A stretch of 64,000 bases of DNA from Terriglobia bacterium (GCA_963664115.2 CAXWPJ010000006.1:288001-352000), one strand, 5' to 3'. Shown: positions 1 to 10,869, counted from the first letter of the stretch. The notes: generated by a model from the letters alone, not told the origin. Numbers and translations: made by a program.

Positions 1-404
1 CCATCGGCGAAAGGTCTAATGCTCGAAACCGTCCTTGCGGTCGGTACCCATAATTCTGATGACGAAAGATTCAGAGATTTCGATCATCGACGGACAGGAC
101 GGGCATGTCGCACTGCTACGCCGATCATGGGTCCCTCAGAACAGGCTTGTTGGACGAACGACGCCAACACGGCCGATTTCTGCTCCTGATCTGCGACTGC
201 CAGGACAAAAACGTCGCCGGGAATGAGGTTGAGCCCTTGACTGACATCCTCTCGATTCATAGATAATCTCCTCAGAACACGGGTAAAAAGGGGTATTCTG
301 ACGGACTTTAGGAATGTTTTCAACAAGCGGCCAGAGTGAGAGATTCGCACAGACGTGCCACCTAAGCTGTAGGCGCTGAGCCGAGACATGAAGGACAGAC
401 TGCA

Positions 405-1595
405 ATGAATGAAAAGCTGATCGAAACTCTTCAGGAGGCGCTCAAAGCCGAGGGATTGGACGGGTGGCTTTTCTATTGTTTTCGTGGAAGCGATCCGATC
501 GCTGAGAATATCCTGAAACTGGATCGCCGTCAGATCACCACCCGGCGCTGGGCCTACTTTGTTCCTGCCGCCGGAGACCCCCAAAAAATTGTTCACATTA
601 TCGAGCCCCACGTTCTCGACACACTTCCGGGGGTAGAGCGGACCTATTTGGCATGGCAGCAACTCCACGAACATCTCAAGGAATCCGTATCGGGTGCGCC
701 GCGCGTGGCCATGCAGTATTCGCCGTTGAACGCCATTCCTTACGTTTCGCGTGTGGATGCGGGGACGGTGGAGTTGGTCCGCAGTTTTGGTGTTGAAGTC
801 GTTTCCTCAGCTGATCTGGTTCAGGTATTTGAAGCCGTTTGGAGTGACGCGCAGTTGGAGACGCACTTATACGCCGTCAACCATCTGCGCGAGATCGTCG
901 ACGTTACGTTCAACGAGACGGCGCGGCGCATCCGGGATGGCGTGGCCACGAATGAATTCGATATGCAGGAGTTCATCTGGCAGCAATACGATGCACGGGG
1001 ATTGATATCTTCGGACCGGCCGATCGTTGCGATCAACGCCAACAGTGCCGACCCGCACTACTTGCCTGACGCGGAGCATCGAGCTCCTATTCGAGCGGGC
1101 GATTTCATGTTGATTGACATATGGGCCAAGCGGCCCGACACGGGAGCTGTCTACGGAGACATTACCTGGACCGGTTACCTTGGGGAATCTGTCCCTGAGA
1201 AACATGAAGAAATCTTTCAGGTTGTTCGTGGAGGTCGAGATGCAGCGATAGCGTTGGTCGAGAGTCGTTATCGAGAGGAGACGCTCCACGGCTGGGAAGT
1301 CGACGATGCGGCCCGGGCGTCGATCACCGGCGCAGGTTACGGGGAGTACTTCATACATCGTACCGGCCATTCCATCCACGAGGAGGACCACGGCAACGGA
1401 GCCAACATTGACAATCTGGAAACTCAGGACAGCCGCAAACTCATGACAGGTACCTGCTTTTCAATCGAGCCCGGAGTGTACCTGAGGGGCGACTTCGGAG
1501 TCCGTAGCGAGGTGGACGTCTACCTGTCTCCCGACGGTCCGGTCGTAACCGGCACACCGATTCAGGAGCACGTCATTCCCATCCTCGCCGGTTGA
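405..1595 (+). CDS. M24 family Xaa-Pro aminopeptidase
   Basis: M24 metal-binding motifs LIDIWAK, GDITWT, HRTGHSI, FSIEPGVY, RSEVD. Confidence 0.9.
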   Translation: MNEKLIETLQEALKAEGLDGWLFYCFRGSDPIAENILKLDRRQITTRRWAYFVPAAGDPQKIVHIIEPHVLDTLPGVERTYLAWQQLHEHLKESVSGAPRVAMQYSPLNAIPYVSRVDAGTVELVRSFGVEVVSSADLVQVFEAVWSDAQLETHLYAVNHLREIVDVTFNETARRIRDGVATNEFDMQEFIWQQYDARGLISSDRPIVAINANSADPHYLPDAEHRAPIRAGDFMLIDIWAKRPDTGAVYGDITWTGYLGESVPEKHEEIFQVVRGGRDAAIALVESRYREETLHGWEVDDAARASITGAGYGEYFIHRTGHSIHEEDHGNGANIDNLETQDSRKLMTGTCFSIEPGVYLRGDFGVRSEVDVYLSPDGPVVTGTPIQEHVIPILAG

Positions 1596-1713
1596 ACGTC
1601 GGCATTGTATATCCCCACATTCCATGGTAGGACCGGATCCGTCCTCCATGTAAGGTATTAGTGTGAGCCACAATAGGTGTAGTGTCACGTTAAACTGATT
1701 TCGAGGAGGCCTA

Positions 1714-2418
1714 ATGCGATATCTTGCGATCACGGTTGCTATGACGTTTGTTATGGCGCTGCCGGCCAGTGCTCAATTGGACGAGAAGGTTGCCGACCGA
1801 TTCTGGGCATCGACTCAGATTCTTGAGGCACTCGTCAATGCTCCCGACGGCGGTATTCCTCAAAATTTACTTCGCCGATCTGAGTGTGTAGGTGTGATTC
1901 CGGCTGTAAAGCGCGCTGCGTTCGGATTCGGTGGTCGTTATGGCCGGGGGCTCGTGGTTTGCCGAAAGGATGGCGGGGCAGGGCCGTGGGGTTCACCCTC
2001 GATGCTGTCGCTCAGTGGCGGTAGCTTCGGATTCCAGATCGGTGGCCAGTCCACCGACGTCCTGATGCTGTTTGTGACGCCCGACAGCATCGACCACCTC
2101 CTCAGGGATCAAGTGACTCTGGGCGCCGACGTTTCGGCCGCTGCGGGGCCGAAGGGCCGGACGGTATCGGCCGAGACCAGTGCGACGCTGAGGGCGGAAA
2201 TACTGACCTATGGGAGAAGTCGCGGTTTGTTTGCCGGTATATCGTTGGAAGGCGCTGTCTTGAAGCCGGATACGGATGCGAACGAAAGCCTTTATGGTGG
2301 AGCAGTGGATGCTCGTGAGCTCCTGATTGATGGTAATGTCGCAATTCCGGAACCCGCACAAACTTTCATCGATACTTTGACGTCTTTGGCGGCGCGTGAA
2401 GAGCCGGCTGGCGAGTAG
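1714..2418 (+). CDS. Secreted Ysc84/SYLF lipid-binding domain protein
   Basis: Signal peptide; GFGGRYGRG, GGSFGFQIGGQSTD, SRGLFAGISLEG motifs; GGAGG RBS. Confidence 0.9.
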   Translation: MRYLAITVAMTFVMALPASAQLDEKVADRFWASTQILEALVNAPDGGIPQNLLRRSECVGVIPAVKRAAFGFGGRYGRGLVVCRKDGGAGPWGSPSMLSLSGGSFGFQIGGQSTDVLMLFVTPDSIDHLLRDQVTLGADVSAAAGPKGRTVSAETSATLRAEILTYGRSRGLFAGISLEGAVLKPDTDANESLYGGAVDARELLIDGNVAIPEPAQTFIDTLTSLAAREEPAGE

Positions 2419-2550
2419 GTTCCTGTCAAGGTCTTCGTGGGGCGGCGGATCCTGCCGCCCCTAATTCTTTTTTCTGCCATAATCCGACGGTCAAAGTTTC
2501 CCGAACAAACCGGAAGAAGGTCGGATTACGTTAACTGCGCGGACACGAAA

Positions 2551-3507
2551 TTGAATTCCACACTTTACGAACGACTGAATAACGGAGCTCTGATCTTCGA
2601 CCGACGTATGGGCTTGGTGGAACTGAGGGGGCCCGACCGCGTCACCTGGTTGCAAGGGATGGTGTCCAACGATGTGGCGCGCCTCAAAGAAGGACTGGGT
2701 TGCTATGCCGCCCATCTAAGTCCGCAGGGCAAGGTGCTGTCACAAATGGTGGTGCTGGCAGGCGAAGACACGCTGTGGTTGGAAGTGGAGGCAGACAACG
2801 TCCTTGCCAGTATCGAAGGGCTCGACAAACTGCTGATTATGGAAGATGCGGAAATAATCGACCGCTCCTCAGACTTCGGCGTTTTGGGACTCGCAGGAAA
2901 GGGCGCCCGGTCTCTTCTGGGTGACTGGTCCGGTGGTGCGCTTGACCTTGAATCCCCATTTGCACACGCTGAGGTCGGATCCGTGAGGGTCGTTCGGGCC
3001 GACCTGGGTTATGACCTGATCGTCCCGACTGCGAGCGTGTCCCCGCTCCGCAACGCGCTTGTCGCCGCCGGTGCGGCGATCGGCGATGAGCCATTGTGGG
3101 AGTGTGTCCGGATAGAGGCAGGAATCCCTACCTATGGTGTCGATGTTGATTCCAGGACGACCTTGCCCGAACTTGGAGGAAAGGGCATTGATTACGAAAA
3201 GGGATGCTACATCGGGCAGGAGGTCGTCGCCAAGATCCGGTACATCGGCCATGTGAACCGTCACTTCGTCGGGCTGCGGTTCGAAGGATCGGCAGTGCCC
3301 CAACCCAATTCGAGTGTGAGTCGGGACGGACGTGACGTGGGTCGGATTACGAGTAGCGTGTACTCGCCCTTCCTGAAGTCTGCCATTGCGCTGGCCTACG
3401 TGCGGCTTGGCGCAGACAAAGCGGGAACCACTGTTGAAGTGTCCATCGATGGAAAGACCGAGATAGCCACCGTAACCGAACTGCCATTTGTTTCACATCC
3501 GTATTGA
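2551..3507 (+). CDS. YgfZ/GcvT-like folate-binding protein
   Basis: KGCYIGQE YgfZ motif, GPDRVTWLQGMVSND, C-terminal GcvT barrel; TTG start at 2551 inferred. Confidence 0.85.
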   Translation: MNSTLYERLNNGALIFDRRMGLVELRGPDRVTWLQGMVSNDVARLKEGLGCYAAHLSPQGKVLSQMVVLAGEDTLWLEVEADNVLASIEGLDKLLIMEDAEIIDRSSDFGVLGLAGKGARSLLGDWSGGALDLESPFAHAEVGSVRVVRADLGYDLIVPTASVSPLRNALVAAGAAIGDEPLWECVRIEAGIPTYGVDVDSRTTLPELGGKGIDYEKGCYIGQEVVAKIRYIGHVNRHFVGLRFEGSAVPQPNSSVSRDGRDVGRITSSVYSPFLKSAIALAYVRLGADKAGTTVEVSIDGKTEIATVTELPFVSHPY

Positions 3508-3605
3508 AGAGCTAACAGATTACTCTGTCCATAAGGATGCGGAGATGGGAATGAGTTTGATCGGGTAGAAGGCTGGTAATTAACAGTTTTGTCCGGGTCC
3601 CATCC

Positions 3606-3688
3606 GATCATCTTCTTAGACTAGACGCCTCGGCTACCGCCTCTTTACTATGAAAGCCGTCCACCCGCAGCGAGGAACGTTGCGGGTT
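3606..3688 (-). repeat. ~80-bp dispersed repeat, copy 1 (MITE/REP-like)
   Basis: Reverse complement matches 43798-43879 (shared cores cgggtggacggctttca and aaagaggcggtagc). Confidence 0.8.
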
Positions 3689-3694
3689 TTCTTT
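3663..3694 (+). terminator. Hairpin plus T tract, putative intrinsic terminator
   Basis: acccgcagcg-aggaa-cgttgcgggt followed by tttcttt. Confidence 0.5.
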
Positions 3695-3834
3695 GGGACT
3701 GCTTCAACACCCCGTTGATCCCAATAGGCCTCGCCATCAGGATGATGGTGAGGGTCGCCGGTCGTTCAGACAGGATGTCTGATCGAACGACCGAGCGAAA
3801 TCTTATATCGGGACCTTCTAACCGAGGACACGCG

Positions 3835-3939
3835 TCAATTACGCGGCTTGAACTTCGAAGTATTTGCGAGTTTTTCGAAGTGCTTCCGGTCGGAATCGCT
3901 CAAATCCTGGGGAACTACAATCTTCAAGCGGACGTAGTT
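3835..3939 (-). pseudogene. cbpA: Displaced C-terminal 34 codons of the CbpA/DnaJ protein
   Basis: Translates NYVRLKIVVPQDLSDSDRKHFEKLANTSKFKPRN*, a typical DnaJ_C end, separated from the main ORF. Confidence 0.8.
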
Positions 3940-4067
3940 TTCTTTGACTGCTTCAACACCCCTCCCCGGGCGCATCAGGATGATGGTGAGGGTCGCCGGT
4001 CGTTGGTTCATCGGACCGAGCCTTGATATGGTCTAACCGAGGACACGCGTCAATTACGCGGCTTGAA
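3937..4067. repeat. Degenerate block-wise duplicate of 3686-3852
   Basis: Identical blocks GACTGCTTCAACACCCC, CATCAGGATGATGGTGAGGGTCGCCGGTCGTT, GACCGAGC, CTAACCGAGGACACGCGTCAATTACGCGGCTTGAA with different spacers. Confidence 0.9.
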
Positions 4068-4881
4068 GAACGCGAGAACGTTGCTCCCGGATCCGATCTC
4101 CGGCAGTTTTTGAGACTTCCGACTGAATGTCTGCCTTGCCGTCGAGCGTGGGGACCTCAATCGTCGCGCCAAGCGCCGCCTCCCACGCTGTAATCGGCAC
4201 CTCGATCTCTGTGTTGTCCCCATCCACTTCAAATCGGGATCCCGGTTCCATCTTCAGGCGAATGTAAAGATCTCCGCCGTCCACGCTGCCCCCGGGCAGG
4301 CGGATACGGCTTCCGTCACGCGTCCCTGCCGGTATCCGGACGTCGACACTCTTTTGCTTGCTGTTGACGCGGAGGTTGAGCTTTCGCGTGGTACCGCGAT
4401 GCATTGCGTCGAGTGGCAGGGCCAGTTCGGTTTCCACCTGTGGGCGGTTTCTCCGTCCACTTCGGGTATGAGCGCGTCCTGCGCCTGAGCCGGGGGCTGG
4501 TCCTCCGCCCATCCTTCCGAAGACTGATTCGAAGAAATCGCTGAAACCGCCTCGGCCAGAGCCGCCCCCCCTACCCAGGATGTCGCTGATGTCAAAATCG
4601 GTTTGGAACCCGCCACCCTGCCAGCCGGGTGGTGGCGTAAATTCAGCTCCGTTCTTCCAGTTAGCGCCGAGTTGATCGTAGCGCTTACGTTTTTCCGGGT
4701 CGGACAGGACTTCGTAGGCTTCCTGGACTTCCTTGAATTTCTCTTCGGCGCCCGCGTTGTTCGGGTTTACGTCCGGGTGATACTTACGCGCAAGTTTTCG
4801 GTACGCTTTCTTGATCTCGTCACCGCCCGTCGCGCGCCCAACGCCAAGAGTTTCGTAATAGTCTTTGAATTTCAGGGCCAT
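4054..4881 (-). CDS. cbpA: CbpA/DnaJ class B co-chaperone, interrupted near the C-terminus
   Basis: J domain with HPD, G/F region, DnaJ_C ([16 protein letters not shown]), no Zn finger; homology lost after position ~4126. Confidence 0.85.
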   Translation of the reverse strand: MALKFKDYYETLGVGRATGGDEIKKAYRKLARKYHPDVNPNNAGAEEKFKEVQEAYEVLSDPEKRKRYDQLGANWKNGAEFTPPPGWQGGGFQTDFDISDILGRGGGSGRGGFSDFFESVFGRMGGGPAPGSGAGRAHTRSGRRNRPQVETELALPLDAMHRGTTRKLNLRVNSKQKSVDVRIPAGTRDGSRIRLPGGSVDGGDLYIRLKMEPGSRFEVDGDNTEIEVPITAWEAALGATIEVPTLDGKADIQSEVSKTAGDRIREQRSRVLQAA

Positions 4882-4950
4882 GATTATTGACTACTGTTAT
4901 ATAGCTGAGGAGATGGGAATTCCAGAGCCAAGCAGCGTAGAGGGACTTTA

Positions 4951-5772
4951 TCAGACAGGAACTTCGAGGCCTTCTTTAGCCGCGATCACATTGGGATGGA
5001 GCTTGGAAGCTTCCCCGAGGATGGAGTCGATTACGCTGTCGTTGTGGTAAGGGTCGTGGTGGAATAACACGATTTGCTTGGCATTGGCCTCGATAGCGCT
5101 CTCGACAGATTGCTTCCAGGTGCTGTGGCCCCAACCTTCTTTTGAGGGGTATTCTTCTGGAGTGTATTGAGCGTCTACGATGAGGCAGTCGGCATCTTGA
5201 GCCAGATCTCTGAAGTTGTTTTCGCTCCACTCCGGACCGCGCTCCACGTCGGTACAGTAGGCGATCACCTTTTCGCCCTGAGTGATTCTGTATCCCACAC
5301 AACCCTGCGGATGGTTCAGTTTCTTTACAAGGATCGTGGTGTCGGCGACTCGGAATGTTCCCTCCACCAGGTCGATGTAGTTCCGGACGCAAGGCAGTTT
5401 GGACATGTCGACCGGGAAATAAGGGTTTGCCATAATTCCGGCCAGCGCGTCCATGACGAGATTCGCGTCGCGTCGTCCAGCAAAGTAGAACGTGAAGTGA
5501 TTCTCTTTCGAATAGAGCGGTGTGAAGAAGGGGAGGCCTTGAATATGGTCGATATGGAAATGGCTGAAGAATACGCGGGCTCGAATGCGTGATCCGTCGA
5601 ACTCCTGTTCCAGCGCCTTACCCAGCAAACGGATGCCGGTGCCGCCGTCAAAGATCAATATTTCGTTGCTGTCGGTCCGTACTTCGACACACGACGTATT
5701 ACCGCCATATTCCAGATTGTCTCGCTGCGGGGTTGGTGTCGAACCGCGTACTCCCCAAAATCGAACGCGCAT
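4951..5772 (-). CDS. MBL-fold metallo-hydrolase (RNase Z/phosphodiesterase-like)
   Basis: WGVRGS, YGGNTSC, HFHIDHIQG, GWGHS, LFHHDP. Confidence 0.85.
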   Translation of the reverse strand: MRVRFWGVRGSTPTPQRDNLEYGGNTSCVEVRTDSNEILIFDGGTGIRLLGKALEQEFDGSRIRARVFFSHFHIDHIQGLPFFTPLYSKENHFTFYFAGRRDANLVMDALAGIMANPYFPVDMSKLPCVRNYIDLVEGTFRVADTTILVKKLNHPQGCVGYRITQGEKVIAYCTDVERGPEWSENNFRDLAQDADCLIVDAQYTPEEYPSKEGWGHSTWKQSVESAIEANAKQIVLFHHDPYHNDSVIDSILGEASKLHPNVIAAKEGLEVPV

Positions 5773-5885
5773 TGAGCGCTCCCTCCGTCAAGAAGCGGCA
5801 GTATATAGCAGGCCGCAGTAAAACACACCAGAACAGACTACTTTTCCACTACAGGAACTGGCAGCCTTAGAATGATACGGGAAGG

Positions 5886-7040
5886 TCATATTTCGAGAAA
5901 CTTCGGGAAGTGGACCAGATTTTTGCATCCGCTGTCGCTGACCAAAACGACATCTTCCAGACGCACACCGCCCATTCCCGCATAGTAGAGTCCGGGTTCG
6001 ACCGTCACCACCTGGTGTTTTCGAAACCGGTTACGCGCTATGAGTCCAAAAAAAGGAGCTTCATGGACATCCAGGCCGAGTCCGTGGCCCGTACCGTGAA
6101 AGAACCCCTGCATGCGGCCATCGCGGAGTCCGGTCTCAAAACCCTGCTTCCGGAAGTAGTTGAGGATGTCTTGGTGAAGTTTGGAAGCGCTGACCCGGGA
6201 GCGGATCTTCCTAAAGCCTATTTTCTGAGCCTCTGCGACCGCGTGATAGGCATGTTTCAGTCTTTCTGATGCCTGGCCGCGCACGACGGTGCGGGTCATA
6301 TCACCGAAGTATCCACTCTTTTGCGACCTCGGGAAAATATCAATGATGATAGCCGTGTGGGCGCGAATCGGCCCGCTGCCTTCGTTGTGGGGATCGACCG
6401 CCTGCTCTCCTGAAGATACGATCGTGTGGCTCGGCACAAAGCCGCGTTCCATGATCGTCGTGTTTATGACGGACCTTAAGATTTCGGAAGTCAGTCGTGT
6501 ACCGTCCAGTTTGAGATAGCCGTTGCCGGATATTTTTGTCCGCCGGAGCGCGGCGATTCCCGCCTCCATACCGGCTTCAGCCGCACGCAGCGAATCACGG
6601 ATGTGACGAATTTCCGTCCGGGTTTTGATCTCCCGTTGGTTCCAGAAAGTTCCCGGTTCCACAGTGAGGGCGATGCCCAACCCGCGGAGTTCGTCAGCCA
6701 GCGAGACCGGGAAGTTCCAGGGAACGCGGGCGTGATGAATTTTGAATTCCTTGAACACTTCCGAAACGACGTGCGCGGTCGTAGGGAATCGAATGCCCTG
6801 GGAACGTAAACCCGCGACGTATGGGCTCCGTGCGAGCACGTGGTCAACCGTAGCCTGCTCTCGGGCCCGATCGAGCTCGAGATCATTCATCACGACGTAT
6901 CGCTTTCCGTTTTTCATGAAGAAGATAAACGGGTCGGGGGCGAACATTCGAGTGGCCCAGAGCAGGTTGGCGTCGGTGTCGCTGGCGGCGACAATCAACC
7001 GCGTATTGGTGGGTCCAGATGCCGTGGTATATTGAGCCAT
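5886..7040 (-). CDS. M24 family Xaa-Pro peptidase
   Basis: IIDIFP, GDMTRT, HGTGHGLGLDVHE, TVEPGLY, RLED. Confidence 0.9.
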   Translation of the reverse strand: MAQYTTASGPTNTRLIVAASDTDANLLWATRMFAPDPFIFFMKNGKRYVVMNDLELDRAREQATVDHVLARSPYVAGLRSQGIRFPTTAHVVSEVFKEFKIHHARVPWNFPVSLADELRGLGIALTVEPGTFWNQREIKTRTEIRHIRDSLRAAEAGMEAGIAALRRTKISGNGYLKLDGTRLTSEILRSVINTTIMERGFVPSHTIVSSGEQAVDPHNEGSGPIRAHTAIIIDIFPRSQKSGYFGDMTRTVVRGQASERLKHAYHAVAEAQKIGFRKIRSRVSASKLHQDILNYFRKQGFETGLRDGRMQGFFHGTGHGLGLDVHEAPFFGLIARNRFRKHQVVTVEPGLYYAGMGGVRLEDVVLVSDSGCKNLVHFPKFLEI

Positions 7041-7043
7041 ATC

Positions 7044-7769
7044 ATGTCAAAAACAGCGGGAATCGTTGTCATCGGGAACGAGATTCTGTCTGGCCGCACC
7101 CGGGATGAAAACGCGACCTACTTCCTCAAAGAGCTTCGGACCCTGGGCGTTGATGTCCGCAGGGTGTCCGTGATCCCTGACGAGATCCAGGCGATCGGAG
7201 ACGAAATTCGAAGCGCGTCCCGGAACTTTGACTACGTGTTCAGTTCAGGTGGTGTCGGCCCGACCCATGATGACGTCACGATCCAGGGTATCGCGGCTGC
7301 CTTCGAACGTAAGGTGTGCCGCAGCAGCGAACTGGAAACCACACTCCGGGAATACTATCAGGACAACCTGACGGATACCATGCTGCGCATGGCTCTCGTT
7401 CCTGAGGGAGCTTCCCTGGTCCGCGGCGACCAGATGTGGTTTCCTGTAATCGTGGTTGAGAACGTCTATATCTTTCCTGGAGTGCCCGAAATTCTTGCCT
7501 CCAAGTTCCAAAGCATCAAAGAGAGGTTTCGCGAGGATCCGTTTTTCAACCGCGATGTGTTTCTGGTCGTGGAGGAAGGGCATGTGGCTGACGTGCTACA
7601 CGAAGTCCTGGCCAAGTATCCCGATCTGCTGTTAGGTTCCTACCCGACGTTTACCAACCCGGAATATAGGGTCAAACTGACGCTCGAGTCCAAGAGCGAA
7701 GACTACCTCAACAGTGCGCACGGCTTTTTGTTAGGGTGCCTGGCTGCCCGATCGATTGATCCCATCTGA
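7044..7769 (+). CDS. CinA-like molybdopterin-binding domain protein
   Basis: IGNEILSG, GGVGPTHDDVT, FPGVP; start at MSKTAG. Confidence 0.85.
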   Translation: MSKTAGIVVIGNEILSGRTRDENATYFLKELRTLGVDVRRVSVIPDEIQAIGDEIRSASRNFDYVFSSGGVGPTHDDVTIQGIAAAFERKVCRSSELETTLREYYQDNLTDTMLRMALVPEGASLVRGDQMWFPVIVVENVYIFPGVPEILASKFQSIKERFREDPFFNRDVFLVVEEGHVADVLHEVLAKYPDLLLGSYPTFTNPEYRVKLTLESKSEDYLNSAHGFLLGCLAARSIDPI

Positions 7770-7771
7770 GA

Positions 7772-8683
7772 TCAATCGAAAAGCCCCGGTTGATCGTAGC
7801 GCAGAGGTATATCGTCGATAAGCGAATCGAAGCCCAGTTCCCGGCAAAGAGGAATGACTGTGTTCGGGCTGCCTTTTCGGTACCGGATCGTATCGGGGGT
7901 CATGTCGATGTCGACGTCGCAACGAATACGGGCCAACTCGCGACTTGTTCGAGCCGTCTCCATATTCTCGCGGATGCGTTTGAGTATCCCGTCCTTTCCG
8001 CGGAAGGACAATTGATCCAGATCCGCATCAGCAATATCTTCAATTGTGCGGCAGACCGAGAGTAGTTTTCCGGCAGTCTTGCCTCCCACACCCCGGATTC
8101 CCGGAATGTTGTCTACCGAATCACCCAGCAGGGCCAGGAGGTCGGGGACCTGTTCGGGTTCGACTCCCATCTTCGTCTTTACGGCGGCCGGGTCCAGCCA
8201 GGCATTCTTGGCCAGGTCATAAATGTGAATCCGGTCGTCGACCAATTGCGCGAGGTCTTTGTCACCCGAAACGATGACCACCGGATGTCCCGCCTCCGCC
8301 ATGCGGACCGCAAGGGAGCCGATCACGTCATCGGCCTCGTAAGTCTCTATATCGAACGACGCAATGCCAACGGCCTCTGTAATACGGCGGCAGTACCCGA
8401 ATTGAACTTTCAGATCTTCAGGAGTCGCTTCACGGTTTGCTTTGTATTCGGCGAACATCTTTCGACGGAAGGAATGAGCCCCCTCGAAAGCTGCTGCCAT
8501 GTAAGGGGGGGCCTGTTCGCGGATGATTTTCAGAAGTGTACGCAGATAGCCCAGTATCGCGTTGGTTTTCATTCCGGATGGGGCAGTGATGGTGTCGGGC
8601 ATGCCGTAGTAGGCTCTGAAGATATAGTTCATCGAATCGATCAAGAAGACCGGACTCGAGTTCAAAGGCTGGGTTGGTGCCAT
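7772..8683 (-). CDS. Stand-alone 5'-3' exonuclease / flap endonuclease (PolI N-terminal-like)
   Basis: YKANR, EADDVIGSLA, SGDKDLAQL, GDSVDNIPGIRGVGGKTA (H3TH); no polymerase domain. Confidence 0.9.
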   Translation of the reverse strand: MAPTQPLNSSPVFLIDSMNYIFRAYYGMPDTITAPSGMKTNAILGYLRTLLKIIREQAPPYMAAAFEGAHSFRRKMFAEYKANREATPEDLKVQFGYCRRITEAVGIASFDIETYEADDVIGSLAVRMAEAGHPVVIVSGDKDLAQLVDDRIHIYDLAKNAWLDPAAVKTKMGVEPEQVPDLLALLGDSVDNIPGIRGVGGKTAGKLLSVCRTIEDIADADLDQLSFRGKDGILKRIRENMETARTSRELARIRCDVDIDMTPDTIRYRKGSPNTVIPLCRELGFDSLIDDIPLRYDQPGLFD

Positions 8684-8708
8684 GGCGTTTGCTGCGGTCT
8701 AACAGTTC

Positions 8709-9089
8709 TCAGTTATCTTTAATCGGCACAGAACGGCCGTTTTCATCGACTGCGACGTACACAACGCGGGCGGACGTCACCTTGACGGTTTCGCGATTTC
8801 CTTCCGACCCGGAACGCTCCGCTTCGACGTCCACGTCGATCGTGATGGATGTTGTTCCTATTTTCACGGTGGTGGCGTAGAAGGTGACGGTGTCGCCGAG
8901 GAAAACGGGTGCGAGAAACTCGACATTTTCCATCGCTTTTGTCACAAACCTCTTCGCCGCGTTTTTTCCCGCTTCAGTGCTTCCCGCCAAATCCAGGTGG
9001 CTCAAGATAACACCGCCGAAGATCGTTCCCAGTTGGTTCGTATCCTTGGGGAGCATCACGACGCGGATTGCTACGTTACGTTCGGTCAT
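8709..9089 (-). CDS. Acyl-CoA thioesterase (YciA-like hotdog fold)
   Basis: PKDTNQLGTIFGGVILSHLDLAG, YVAVDENG. Confidence 0.9.
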   Translation of the reverse strand: MTERNVAIRVVMLPKDTNQLGTIFGGVILSHLDLAGSTEAGKNAAKRFVTKAMENVEFLAPVFLGDTVTFYATTVKIGTTSITIDVDVEAERSGSEGNRETVKVTSARVVYVAVDENGRSVPIKDN

Positions 9090-9119
9090 AAAGTGCCTAT
9101 GCGCGGAAGTGAGCGCCTG

Positions 9120-9536
9120 TCATTCCACTACCTGAGCATCTAGAATTCGCAAGGTGCCCGTCGTCGCCCGATCCCGCCGTATTCGGTCGAGACTGCCGAT
9201 GTCTTGTTGCTCTCCCGGCCCCAACCTCTGACTGACAATGATTCGATCAACCTCGGTCGTAGCCCCGAGTGCATCCATGTAAGTGGCTTCCATGACGATC
9301 TGATCGTAGGTCGTCGAGGCACTTTCGTTTCGGAGACCGATAAACCACAGCGGCCGGTCGCCATCGGGGGCGGGCCGGAACTCGCTTTGTGTGATCACGA
9401 TATCCATCGACGGATCGGGGCCGCGAAACCAGTTTGCCACAGTGTCGCCGTATGAACGATAACCTACGATGACGGCGATGAAGATGAGCGCGACCCGTCG
9501 CCCGATGAACCAGTATCGCGTTCGGGGGAAAATCAC
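9120..9536 (-). CDS. Membrane-anchored hypothetical protein (FxLYD-like beta domain)
   Basis: N-terminal TM helix; GLRN...VMEATYMDALG pattern; overlaps the htrA-like stop codon region. Confidence 0.55.
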   Translation of the reverse strand: MIFPRTRYWFIGRRVALIFIAVIVGYRSYGDTVANWFRGPDPSMDIVITQSEFRPAPDGDRPLWFIGLRNESASTTYDQIVMEATYMDALGATTEVDRIIVSQRLGPGEQQDIGSLDRIRRDRATTGTLRILDAQVVE

Positions 9537-9543
9537 GGACCAG

Positions 9544-10767
<1,224 letters not shown>

Positions 10768-10869
10768 TTGATGCGTTCTATGGTTGATGGATTACCGGTC
10801 GGGCCCCTCTGTTCGACCCCTCACTACATCAACCGCGCCGGACCGGATGGCGTCCGGGTCCCCGCATGA

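Noticed and set aside
1-404. Short ORFs at the window start
   Set aside because: No recognisable protein in any frame; left unannotated.
3698-3800. GCTTCAACACCCC resembles the 5' part of the NAD-I (nadA motif) riboswitch
   Set aside because: No convincing closing strand, not upstream of an NAD gene, and better explained as a repeat terminus.
3715-4026. 103-aa plus-strand ORF with an internal repeat
   Set aside because: Arises from the duplicated segment and is antisense to the cbpA tail.
3686-4067. Conserved blocks with variable spacers suggesting a CRISPR array or a DGR template/variable pair
   Set aside because: Only two copies and the blocks differ from each other. Differences are indels rather than A-specific substitutions, and there is no cas or reverse transcriptase gene.
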